A stretch of 54,428 nucleotides of DNA, taken from positions 1 through 54,428 of IMG/VR virus record IMGVR_UViG_3300020122_000519; one strand, 5' to 3'. Positions 44,281 to 52,504 of this stretch are shown here, one piece after another (the first letter of the stretch is position 1; each line of letters opens with the position of its first letter). The notes under the pieces are model-generated. The model was not told the DNA's origin. It worked only from the letters and a program-made list of their open reading frames with translations, and searched no databases. Source of the stretch: a virus (Duplodnaviria > Caudoviricetes). The translations under genes and the position numbers were made by a program.

Positions 44281-45122
44281 AGTTGGTCGATCACCTGTGT
44301 GGAGAGGTTCAAGGAGAATGGCGGCGCCGCGGGGATGGTGTCTTGCTGGAGTTGCAGCACCGGCTTCTTCACGGACCACCGCAGGACGTAGAGCCGGCCC
44401 ACCTTGTTGATCATCCCGTCCCGCTGCCAACCGCCGCCGACGATGCTCTTCGTCGCCTGGAGCGCGAAGTGGATCCCGTTGATGACGGCGTCCCTCAAGA
44501 CTTCAGCCCTGTCGTAGTCGATGCCCCAGCAGTGCGTCTCGAAGCGCGCGACGTCGGTCAGCAGAGACCGCTGCTGGAAGCGCTGGTCCTGCCCCTGCGC
44601 GTAGTCCTCCGTGCCGCGGAAGTCGTCGTCCACGGGGACGTGGATAACCCTCGGGTAGAGGCTGTCCTGACTCGAGAGCTCCTCCGCTCCGCACAAGAAC
44701 GTTACGGCTGGCAGCGCTTGAAAGCTGAAGGTGTCGCCGACGTTGAAGGTCCCGGAGAAGTTGAGCACCAGCCCCGAGGGGCCCGGGGAGAGGTTGGTGG
44801 GGGTGATCGGCGGCAGGGGCGCTGGGTAGCCTGGGGCTCCCGCCGGGAGGACGAATGGAGCCGAGAGGTTGCCCTGGCTGTTGGGGTTGCCGACGTTGTT
44901 CCCGTTGTCCAGCGACAGCTGCCCCTGCGCGGTCCCCGGCGCGCCCCCGGTCGTCACGACGAGCAGGCAGTTGTAGGTCCCAAGGACTGCCGACGAGGCG
45001 TCTAAAGAGACGCTCCCGCTGCCGGTGTTCGATGGCCCGGGGGTCACCGTGGGCTGGTTCCCCGTCGGTGGCTGCGCCGTGGAGATCGCCGAATTCACGG
45101 CGTTCAAGATGTCGCGAATCAT
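44277..45122 (-). CDS. Tail terminator / neck protein with an inserted VTTGG/SLDNG domain
   Basis: Position; PRVIHVP..D.F, HCWG.D. Confidence 0.65.
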   Translation of the reverse strand: MIRDILNAVNSAISTAQPPTGNQPTVTPGPSNTGSGSVSLDASSAVLGTYNCLLVVTTGGAPGTAQGQLSLDNGNNVGNPNSQGNLSAPFVLPAGAPGYPAPLPPITPTNLSPGPSGLVLNFSGTFNVGDTFSFQALPAVTFLCGAEELSSQDSLYPRVIHVPVDDDFRGTEDYAQGQDQRFQQRSLLTDVARFETHCWGIDYDRAEVLRDAVINGIHFALQATKSIVGGGWQRDGMINKVGRLYVLRWSVKKPVLQLQQDTIPAAPPFSLNLSTQVIDQL

Positions 45123-45676
45123 CCGGCGCCAAGGGCTGGGAACCCCTTCCTAAACGCATCTTTCGCCACCGCCTCGAAGCGCTTGCCCCACTCGTCGGGC
45201 AAGCCCCGCGCGTCCGGCAGGAAGGGGCGGGCGCGGATGGTGACTTGCTTCACCTTCACCCACTGGCTCTGGGAGCGGCCGCGCTGGGTAACTCTCCCGC
45301 CGCGCATCGCCCGCGCCACGCCCGGTAGCTTCATCTTGAAGGTGAGGTAGGGCTTGTTCTTAGCCGTGACGATGCCTCCCTCGTTCATCAGGCGCGCGTA
45401 AACGGTCGGGTTCGAGACGACGACTCGCCCGGGTACCGAGTCGTCCATGAAGGCGTTGCGCAGCCTCCGGGTGTCGTTGAGGGGCTGCCCGCCGCGCGCG
45501 ACGGGCGGGTAGGGGTCCCCATAGGGAGACACGCCGTGCTCGAAGCTCGCCTTGATGCGCGTCACGGCCTCGGCGGCCACCGAGCGGGTCACCGGAGCGA
45601 CCGCCGCACCGCGCGATAAGTCTCGCAACTCGGACACCAGCTGCGCGAGCTTCTCTATCCCGTTGCCGGAGAGCAT
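45119..45676 (-). CDS. Virion morphogenesis protein (Mu gpG-like)
   Basis: SPYGDPY, L.DT.RL, YARLMNEGG, IRARPFL. Confidence 0.85.
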   Translation of the reverse strand: MLSGNGIEKLAQLVSELRDLSRGAAVAPVTRSVAAEAVTRIKASFEHGVSPYGDPYPPVARGGQPLNDTRRLRNAFMDDSVPGRVVVSNPTVYARLMNEGGIVTAKNKPYLTFKMKLPGVARAMRGGRVTQRGRSQSQWVKVKQVTIRARPFLPDARGLPDEWGKRFEAVAKDAFRKGFPALGAG

Positions 45677-45681
45677 CCGCC

Positions 45682-46149
45682 TTACCTTCGGCTCGTCCCG
45701 CGGGTGGAGTTGCCGGTCGAGCAGTTGATCGGGCTCGCCGTCACCGCTTCCGGCTGGGCATCGCTGGACGGCACGCCCGGGGCCCCATTGGGGGAGCTGT
45801 CCTGCACGTCAGGCACTACTTTCCCCGCGGCGACGTCCTTGAGCCACGAGACGGCCAGCTTGTAGTTGTCCAAGTAGGAGCCGTCGAGTTCCGGGTTGAA
45901 CCCGCGCAGGCAGATGAGCCGGTAGGCCGCGATGTCGCAGCTCTTCTGGACGATGTCGGAGCCCCACTGCTTGAGCGGCAGGGTGAACTGGTCCCGGAGG
46001 TAGCCGTCGATCTCCTCGCTCGCCCTCAAGAGCGCCGCGTTCTGCGTCGCCGAGCTGGACGTCGTCGGGTGGGCGAGCGCCGCAGCGCTGACCACCGTCG
46101 TCAAGTCGGAGATCGCCGCGTACTGCTGGCCGACCGTGACGTAGGGCAC
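45682..46149 (-). CDS. Head-tail adaptor (Mu gp36/DUF1320-like)
   Basis: ASEEIDGYL...LPL...DIAAYRL...Y..A..WL.DVA.G. Confidence 0.85.
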   Translation of the reverse strand: MPYVTVGQQYAAISDLTTVVSAAALAHPTTSSSATQNAALLRASEEIDGYLRDQFTLPLKQWGSDIVQKSCDIAAYRLICLRGFNPELDGSYLDNYKLAVSWLKDVAAGKVVPDVQDSSPNGAPGVPSSDAQPEAVTASPINCSTGNSTRGTSRR

Positions 46150-46163
46150 TTTGGAATCCGCCC

Positions 46164-46700
46164 TTACGGGGGAGTGATGAACTCGATGGCCACGCCCACG
46201 CCGGCATCGAGCGTTCCCGACTGCTGGAGGTTCTCCCCGGTCCAGGTGTAGCGGGTCAGCGGCGACTCGATGATCAGCGGGCCCTGGACTGGAAACTCAA
46301 GAGTGTTGGTGAGCACCGAGGCTTTTCCGGATTGCCCGGCATCCACCTCCATGTCGTAGGCGGGACAGCGTTTCCAGACGAGCGTCGAGGGGGAGGAGGC
46401 CATCGGGTCCGGCCCGTAGTGCCAGCAGCGCATCCACGAGAGGTCCGTGGCGTTCTGGAGAGTGTTGGTCGAGCTCGCCCGGATGCTCACCTTGGCGTAG
46501 TCGGCGATCGGCCGACTCCCGAAGGCGAACGCGCTGGAGGTGGTGGCGACCCCGTCCGTGACCAGCGCGGGCGCGGCCTGCGTCATGCCGTTGGTCCCGT
46601 TGCCCGTCTGGACCTGCTGGAAGGTGATGTAGTCGCCCGCGAGCGCGCCGCCAGCCAGGCCGAGCGCGAAGACAGTCGTCAGAAGAAGCTTCTTTTTCAT
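46164..46700 (-). CDS. Secreted beta-rich protein within the head module
   Basis: MKKKLLLTTVFALGLAGGALA|G signal peptide; Cys pair. Confidence 0.75.
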   Translation of the reverse strand: MKKKLLLTTVFALGLAGGALAGDYITFQQVQTGNGTNGMTQAAPALVTDGVATTSSAFAFGSRPIADYAKVSIRASSTNTLQNATDLSWMRCWHYGPDPMASSPSTLVWKRCPAYDMEVDAGQSGKASVLTNTLEFPVQGPLIIESPLTRYTWTGENLQQSGTLDAGVGVAIEFITPP

Positions 46701-46717
46701 GGCTCTTTGTCGTCTCC

Positions 46718-46840
46718 CTAGTGCCGGACGTGGAAGTCCCGGAATTGGTGGAAGGATTGCGGCTGGGTGTGGAAGCCGTGCGTCTGGACGGGCTTGGCGA
46801 ACGCGGTGGCCAAGACGAAGCTGGCGAGGATGAGCTTCAC
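46718..46840 (-). CDS. 40-aa His/Phe-rich peptide with a signal sequence
   Basis: MKLILASFVLATAFA|KPVQTHGFHTQPQSFHQFRDFHVRH; GTGA-coupled. Confidence 0.5.
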   Translation of the reverse strand: MKLILASFVLATAFAKPVQTHGFHTQPQSFHQFRDFHVRH

Positions 46841-47181
46841 TTCTTCGCCTTCTTTCCCTTGCCCACCTCGGCCGAATCCGGCGAGGCCTCCTGCGTCACG
46901 CCGGAGAAGTCCGCCTCGTCCTTCTCGGGCTCCTTCGCGTCCTTCTTGCCCGGGCCGGAGTGGAACTTTAAGAAGTGGTCCCGGCGCAGGATCTCCTCGT
47001 GGCGCTCGTCGACCGTCTCCACCTCGTGGACGGGCCCGACTCTGAGGACGATCCCCGGTGTCGGCTTGGCCGGCCGCCGGTGGGTGGTCTTCTCGTCCTC
47101 CTCGAAGGGGTGGCACCCGGGGACGCGGTAGTGCGTCTGCCCGGGTGGCAGTCCGACCACTTGGACGTAGAGCTTGGCCAT
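46837..47181 (-). CDS. Hypothetical head-module protein (Mu gp35 position)
   Basis: Follows the major capsid gene; charged C-terminal tail. Confidence 0.6.
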   Translation of the reverse strand: MAKLYVQVVGLPPGQTHYRVPGCHPFEEDEKTTHRRPAKPTPGIVLRVGPVHEVETVDERHEEILRRDHFLKFHSGPGKKDAKEPEKDEADFSGVTQEASPDSAEVGKGKKAKK

Positions 47182-47211
47182 GGGCGATGCCTTCGGGGTC
47201 AGGAGTCTTGG

Positions 47212-47246
47212 AACAAACCCCGGCCAGTGGATTCCACCAGCCGGGG
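47212..47246 (-). terminator. Intrinsic terminator after the major capsid gene
   Basis: CCCCGGCTGGTGG-AAT-CCACTGGCCGGGG-TTTGTT. Confidence 0.8.
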
Positions 47247-47277
47247 CACTTCATCCGTGCGTTGTGAGGGTGCTGAT

Positions 47278-48246
47278 CTAGGCGCTGGCGCTGTAAGCGA
47301 GGAACCACGGGCCGTAGCCGGCCGCGCCTCGGGCCTCCACGCCGTACTGGAACTCGTGGCGCTCCCACACCGGCATGTCGGTGGGCTTGGTGAGCATCGC
47401 GAAGATGGGCGGCTCGCGCAGCTGCCAGATGAAGGGCTTGATGCTGCTGCGCACGTCGGTCAGGTACCAGGTGGAGTCCTGGCCCGCCAAGTCGTCCACG
47501 ACGATGTAGTCGGCCGTCCCCACCAGGTGGTTCCGGCTGGGCGCTCCGGCGGCCACCGCGCCGACGGAAGCAGACGGGGAGACCCACTCCTCCTCGAGGA
47601 TCTGGATCGCCTGCGCCTCGAGCGCGGGGGGGACGATCAAGAGGTTCGGGTTCACCTTCAGCGGCAACCCGTCCGCGCCCTTGTAGCCGCGCATGGTCTG
47701 CTTGACGGCCTGGAAGTTGGCGTGGGTGAGCGGGAAGCCCGAGGACGAGTAGTTGGTCTGCGTCGTCGAGCTCGGGTCGTCCGGGTTCTGCGGGTGCGAG
47801 GCGGAGAAGAACGCCTGCCCGTCGTAGGTGATGACGTTCTTCCCGTTGGGCAGGGCCCCGCTGATGACCGTCTTGTCCGTGCTCACCGGGTTGAACAGCG
47901 TCACGTCCGGCCACTTCTTCGCCTGCTCGCCGATCGCCCGGACCAACGGCTCGTAGGCCTTGATCTTGTTGTCCTGCACGTCGAACTTGTCGACCGCCAC
48001 CGTCAACTCGAACGGCATGTTCGTGAGCTGGTAGTTGCGCAGGGCGGCGTTTCGCACCTTTCTCTCGTCGAACCAGATCCGCAGCTGAGGCACGCGGTCC
48101 ATCCACACGTGCGTCTCAGACTGAGACTCGCTCGTCACCAGCGATGCCACCTTGTTCCAGAGAACAGCCTGTTTCAAGAAGGCTTCCTGGTAGATGGCGT
48201 TATAACGTGTATAGATTGCACCGATGGCTGATGACGAAATGTCCAC
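47278..48246 (-). CDS. Major capsid protein (Mu gpT-like)
   Basis: YDGQAFFSASHP, LIVPPALE, IKPFIWQLRE, YGVEARGAAGYG. Confidence 0.95.
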   Translation of the reverse strand: MDISSSAIGAIYTRYNAIYQEAFLKQAVLWNKVASLVTSESQSETHVWMDRVPQLRIWFDERKVRNAALRNYQLTNMPFELTVAVDKFDVQDNKIKAYEPLVRAIGEQAKKWPDVTLFNPVSTDKTVISGALPNGKNVITYDGQAFFSASHPQNPDDPSSTTQTNYSSSGFPLTHANFQAVKQTMRGYKGADGLPLKVNPNLLIVPPALEAQAIQILEEEWVSPSASVGAVAAGAPSRNHLVGTADYIVVDDLAGQDSTWYLTDVRSSIKPFIWQLREPPIFAMLTKPTDMPVWERHEFQYGVEARGAAGYGPWFLAYSASA

Positions 48247-48258
48247 AACTTCCTCCTA

Positions 48259-48705
48259 TTGAGGGGCTTGCGAATGCAGACCGATGACGAGCGTCGCGCG
48301 TATCAGCGCGAGTACAGGGCTAGGAATCGTGCGAAGTGGGCGGCGAAGGCTCGCGAATGGCGCGAGGCCAATCCTGAGAAGGTGAAGGAGAACTCAAAGT
48401 CCTATTACTGGGCGAACCGCAACCGACTGCTGGCGCGCATGCGCATGAATCAACTCCGGCGCGATTACGGAATCACGTCTGAACAATACGACGCGATGTT
48501 GAAGGCGCAGGGTGGTCAGTGCGCCATCTGCGGCTCCAAGCATCCCGGCAGGCGCAATGGGTGTTTTGCGGTGGATCACTGTCACAAGACCAAGCGCGTT
48601 CGCGCCTTGCTCTGCATTCAATGCAACTCGACTTTGGCCAACGCTAAAGACTCGATTGAACGACTCGAACTCGCGATTGAGTACCTAAGGCGCCACTCCG
48701 GCTGA
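48259..48705 (+). CDS. Endonuclease VII-family homing-type nuclease, antisense in the head operon
   Basis: YGIT...Q.G.CAIC...VDHCH...VRALLCIQCN; start may be the ATG at 48274. Confidence 0.9.
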   Translation: MRGLRMQTDDERRAYQREYRARNRAKWAAKAREWREANPEKVKENSKSYYWANRNRLLARMRMNQLRRDYGITSEQYDAMLKAQGGQCAICGSKHPGRRNGCFAVDHCHKTKRVRALLCIQCNSTLANAKDSIERLELAIEYLRRHSG

Positions 48706-48706
48706 C

Positions 48707-49171
48707 TTACGGCGTGCCAGGGATAGTGAAGACCTTGGCCTGCTGGGAGGCGAAGCCGGGCAGGGTGATCAACCCGACGCAGCGGCCGGCGGCCGCGCGC
48801 GTGGTGCTGTTGCTGGTCGCTCGCACGGTGTGGTCATCCTCGGCGTAGACCAAGGTGCCCACCGCGGACTGAGCGATGGTGTCGGTGCCCAAGATGTCCC
48901 ACTCCATGATGCCGTACTCGACCTCGACGATGAGGGCCCCCAGCGAGTGCCCTGACACCGTGTTGTCGTACTCCCGGATCGCCCGGCCGACGGTGAGGAA
49001 GGTGTGGCTGTCGCTCTGGGTCGCGGTGCCTGCCGGGGTCACGTAGCCCGTGGTCAGCAGCTGCACGAGCGCGCCCTGGTAGATGTGGACGTTGTCCGCG
49101 ATCGGGTAGGACGCGCGGAAGATCGGCCCGTTGTCTCGAGTCGTGCTGCGGTTTGCGCTGAGGGCGGCCAT
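48707..49171 (-). CDS. Head decoration / cement protein
   Basis: Between protease and capsid; IYQGALV, VYAEDDHTV. Confidence 0.8.
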   Translation of the reverse strand: MAALSANRSTTRDNGPIFRASYPIADNVHIYQGALVQLLTTGYVTPAGTATQSDSHTFLTVGRAIREYDNTVSGHSLGALIVEVEYGIMEWDILGTDTIAQSAVGTLVYAEDDHTVRATSNSTTRAAAGRCVGLITLPGFASQQAKVFTIPGTP

Positions 49172-49261
49172 CTGGACGTACCTTTCACGTGCCGGGCGCT
49201 TTTCTCGCGTCCGGTTCTAGAGTTCGGTTTGAGGGTGAGCTGTGAGGTAAGGCGCGCTTCT

Positions 49262-50593
49262 TTAGGTGCGCAGACCGGTCTGCTTCCGGGTGGCCACGAC
49301 GCCGAGCACGGGATCCCGGTCCTGGTCCTTGAACATCTTCATCATCTTCGCGCGCTGCTTGCGGACCTCGGCGGCCTGGTCCTGGTCGGTCATCTTGATG
49401 GCCTCGACCATCTCCTCGTTGTCGATGCCGCAGTGCCGCGCGACCTCTTCCTGCTCTCGGCTGAGCATGGCCGTCTCCTTCCCGTCCTTGGTCTTGACCT
49501 CGACGACGGAGCGGGTGTTGAGGACCACCGGGGCCACGCTCAAGAACTCCTCGAACTCGTCGTACGAGCGCGACAGCCAGTACTTGGCTGTACCGGGCGT
49601 CAGCTTGCCCTCCGCCTTGCCCTTCTCGATGAGCAGGTTCAGCTTCTCGGCCTCGCGCTCCTGCTTGAGCGCCACGACGGTCTCGTGGTCCTCGTCGTAC
49701 TGGTCCGACTTGACGCGCATCGCCTTGAGCCGCGCCATCTGCTTGGTCGAGTCGGAGGTGCCGGTGAGGACGGTGAGCATCTTCGCCACTTCCGAATTGC
49801 GCCGGAGCATGTTCGGCTTTGCGCCCTCCAAGTCCTCGTGCTCGACCTCGTCGTCGCCGTCGCCCTCCGTCTTGTCGACGTCCTGCCCGTCGACCGCGGA
49901 GGCCTTCACCGGTGGCCCTTCGGCCACGCCCATCGCCTTCATCGACTCAGGCGAGAGGCTCATGTGCTTGCCGAGCGCTTTCAACTCCTCCTGCGCCGGC
50001 GCGTCCCCGTCGCCGTCGTGCAGGGCCTTGAGGCGGTCCGCGTGGATGCCGCACGCCTTCGACAGGTCCGCGAAGGACTTCCCGCCCTTCAGGTAGCTGG
50101 CCAGGTGATCGGCGATCTGGTGTTTCATTGTTTGAGCCTCGCGGGTGCGTCGGTTGGCCGCCACGGTCTCGATTGCGTCCATGGCGGGGATGTTGGTGAG
50201 CGCTACGTTGATGAGCTCGACGATTTCCTGAGTCTTGGTGTCGGTCTCGAAGGCGGGGGAGAAGTAGACCCACTCGCCGTCCTCAATCTCTTCGCGCGCG
50301 GCGGGCGTCCACTCGATGTTGGTGCAGTAGATGCCGTCGTCGCGCAGCTCCAAGTCGCACTTGCCGGCCGACTTGCCGTCCTGGGGGGAGGTCCCCTTGA
50401 GCGCGAAGTGGTCGTAGTCGAAGGTGACTTTGAGCGCGCGCCGCTGGTAGGTCTCCATCAACTCGGCGGCGGACTCCTTGCTCAGCTTGAAGACGCCCTT
50501 GGTGCTCGGGTTGGCCCCGAAGCGGAAGAGGCGGAACTCCTTCTTGGCCTTGAGCCTCCGGGCCAGGACGACGACGGGCTTACCTGTCTTCAC
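49262..50593 (-). CDS. Mu gpI-like prohead protease with a C-terminal scaffold (probable internal start at 50128)
   Basis: FDYDH, EWTP.A, YFSPAF, ALTNIPA; GAGG upstream of MKHQIAD. Confidence 0.9.
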   Translation of the reverse strand: MKTGKPVVVLARRLKAKKEFRLFRFGANPSTKGVFKLSKESAAELMETYQRRALKVTFDYDHFALKGTSPQDGKSAGKCDLELRDDGIYCTNIEWTPAAREEIEDGEWVYFSPAFETDTKTQEIVELINVALTNIPAMDAIETVAANRRTREAQTMKHQIADHLASYLKGGKSFADLSKACGIHADRLKALHDGDGDAPAQEELKALGKHMSLSPESMKAMGVAEGPPVKASAVDGQDVDKTEGDGDDEVEHEDLEGAKPNMLRRNSEVAKMLTVLTGTSDSTKQMARLKAMRVKSDQYDEDHETVVALKQEREAEKLNLLIEKGKAEGKLTPGTAKYWLSRSYDEFEEFLSVAPVVLNTRSVVEVKTKDGKETAMLSREQEEVARHCGIDNEEMVEAIKMTDQDQAAEVRKQRAKMMKMFKDQDRDPVLGVVATRKQTGLRT

Positions 50594-50657
50594 GGTGTGT
50601 CAGGGGCGCTGCGTGCGTTGCGACACTCGCTAAATAGATAAGGGCCAAGTCGTCGTC

Positions 50658-50685
50658 GAAACTGCGACAAACTGCTCACTAATGC
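50658..50685 (-). promoter_or_regulatory. Tandem motif upstream of the protease gene, resembling 326-353
   Basis: + strand GAAACTGC 50658, CAAACTGC 50668, CTAATGC 50679. Confidence 0.45.
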
Positions 50686-50692
50686 CCGAATG

Positions 50693-51481
50693 TCACTGCC
50701 CGTAGCCTGTGAGTTTCAACTCGTAGAGGTTCGCCAGCTCCGGCGGCCGGGAGGCCAAATCCGGCTCGAAATCCTCGGCCGGCGTCCCGAACCCCTCGTC
50801 CGGGTCCGCGTCCGGCGCCTCCTCGTCGATCCCCTCCTCCTTGGCCTCCTCGTCGGTCAAGGGGACGATGTCGGAGCGGCACTGGTGGTGGAGCGGCGGC
50901 TGGTGGCTGGCCCAGAAGTCGTCGTCCGCCTTGAGCACCGTCCCGTGCAGCTCCTCGCAGACCTCGCTCGTCCGGCTGTCCAAGATGGCCACGAAGCGGC
51001 AGTAGGGGTGCGTCGCGCGCACCTCGGGCCGGCTGTTCTGGGCCCACCGGCCGGCGCTGTAGGCGCTCTGGACGTTGGTGCGGAAGATGGTCTCGATGCG
51101 GGAGGGGTCCTCCTGGCCCCACTGGTCCTCGAGCAGCTCCCCCACGCGCTCGCGGAAGTCCTCGAGCGTCTCCCCGTTCTCCACGGCCGACTCGATCGCC
51201 CGCCACACCTCCGAGACGACGTCTAAGTCCGCCACACCTGAGACGGTGAAGGCTTTGAGCTTGGCGCGCTCCTCGAGCGCGTAGAACTCCTCCGCCGAGA
51301 GCTTGAGCTTGTTGCGCAGGAACTCGATGGCCCGGCCGACCGCGGTCTCGAAGTCTTGGGCTTCAGGGGACTCGAGCTCGTCCAAGTCCTCGCCGCTGGG
51401 CGCCTCGTCCTCCTTCTCCTCCTCCGCGGCCAGGGTGACGAGCCGGGTAGGCGAGAGCGCGACCATGACGAGCTTAGCCAT
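50693..51481 (-). CDS. Head morphogenesis protein (Mu gpF / SPP1 gp7-like)
   Basis: AFTVSG, TIFRTNVQSAYSAGRW, DSRT, PPLHHQCRS. Confidence 0.92.
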   Translation of the reverse strand: MAKLVMVALSPTRLVTLAAEEEKEDEAPSGEDLDELESPEAQDFETAVGRAIEFLRNKLKLSAEEFYALEERAKLKAFTVSGVADLDVVSEVWRAIESAVENGETLEDFRERVGELLEDQWGQEDPSRIETIFRTNVQSAYSAGRWAQNSRPEVRATHPYCRFVAILDSRTSEVCEELHGTVLKADDDFWASHQPPLHHQCRSDIVPLTDEEAKEEGIDEEAPDADPDEGFGTPAEDFEPDLASRPPELANLYELKLTGYGQ

Positions 51482-51722
51482 GGTGCCAGTTCTCGATGGG
51501 CAAGGGGTCCGCGCAGAGGTTTGATGGGTTCCGGCGGTGCTCAATGCAGTGGATGGTCCACAGGCCGTCCGCGCTGGGGTAAGAGTCCCCGAGCGCGTCC
51601 GCCTCGCAGACGAAGGTCCCGTCCGGCTCGAAGAGTTGGAAGCGGTCCCCCGCGCGCAGGCCCTCGAAGGGCACGTCTACCCAGCCCTTCCCCACGAGCT
51701 TCTGGGCCTTGCGGTCGGCCAC
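51474..51722 (-). CDS. Hypothetical protein
   Basis: 82 aa; FEGLRAGDRFQLFEPDG. Confidence 0.55.
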   Translation of the reverse strand: MADRKAQKLVGKGWVDVPFEGLRAGDRFQLFEPDGTFVCEADALGDSYPSADGLWTIHCIEHRRNPSNLCADPLPIENWHHG

Positions 51723-52256
51723 TTACTTGAGCCCCAGGAATTGGTAGAGGTCCCCTGGCGAGCAGTTGGCGGGCTCGAGCGTCTCCGCGCCTGGGTAGCC
51801 GGAGTCCTTGAGCACCCAGGCGACCAACTCCGAGCAGAACATCGAGTGCGCGGCGTGGATGGGGTTGGCCCACTTCTTCTTGAGCCACCGACCGAAGAGC
51901 ACCAGCGCCATCCCGAAAAGCCCGGTGTAGTCGTACACCTCGCCCAGCCAGGCCCCGGCCTCCTTGACGCCCGCGTCCAAGGCGTGCTGCCCGCCCCACA
52001 CGCCCACGATCGTGTTCCTCTGGGTGAAGCGCTCCCGGCTGGTCATCCGGACGCCGAAGGCGGAGGCCTCGATCACCATCTCCTTGCCGAAGACGGTCAG
52101 GTCCTCGCGCAGGATGAGGAAGGCGTGGGAGCAGGGGGCTTTGGTCACCTTGCGGATGAGCCAGGACAGGAAGCCCCGCTCCTTCGAGAACCCGATGGAG
52201 ATCGCCGTGCTCTGGCCCCCCGCGCGCTCGAGCGCTTCTTTGATCGAGCCGCTCAC
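51723..52256 (-). CDS. Permuted papain-like NlpC/P60 enzyme (YiiX/YaeF-like)
   Basis: SHA...VIEA...G..YD...FCSELV, with His before Cys. Confidence 0.85.
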   Translation of the reverse strand: MSGSIKEALERAGGQSTAISIGFSKERGFLSWLIRKVTKAPCSHAFLILREDLTVFGKEMVIEASAFGVRMTSRERFTQRNTIVGVWGGQHALDAGVKEAGAWLGEVYDYTGLFGMALVLFGRWLKKKWANPIHAAHSMFCSELVAWVLKDSGYPGAETLEPANCSPGDLYQFLGLK

Positions 52257-52504
52257 TTGGCGATCCTCGCCCTCACCGCGGCGTCTTTCGCCTCGAGGAG
52301 CTTGCGCAAGGCGACCGAGCGCTCCGGGTTACGCGGCAGGGTGGCCACCAGGTCCCTGGCAAGCTCGCAGAAGGGCTTGGACACCTTCGCGAGCGCCTCC
52401 GGCAGGTGCCCGTACTCGAAGAACTGGAGGATGGGCTCCGGCTCCCTCAACTCGGGAGGGGCCTTGACCCCGTGCTGCTCGGACAGCTCCACGGCCTCAC
52501 CCAC
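52253..52504 (-). CDS. Small helical-hairpin protein, Acb2/Tad1-like candidate nucleotide sponge
   Basis: FFEYGHLP...LA...LP..PERSVALRKLLEAKD..VRA. Confidence 0.55.
   Translation of the reverse strand: MGEAVELSEQHGVKAPPELREPEPILQFFEYGHLPEALAKVSKPFCELARDLVATLPRNPERSVALRKLLEAKDAAVRARIAK

Noticed and set aside
31182-48705. Group I introns or inteins hosting the endonucleases
   Set aside because: Flanking genes appear complete and the nucleases lie between genes
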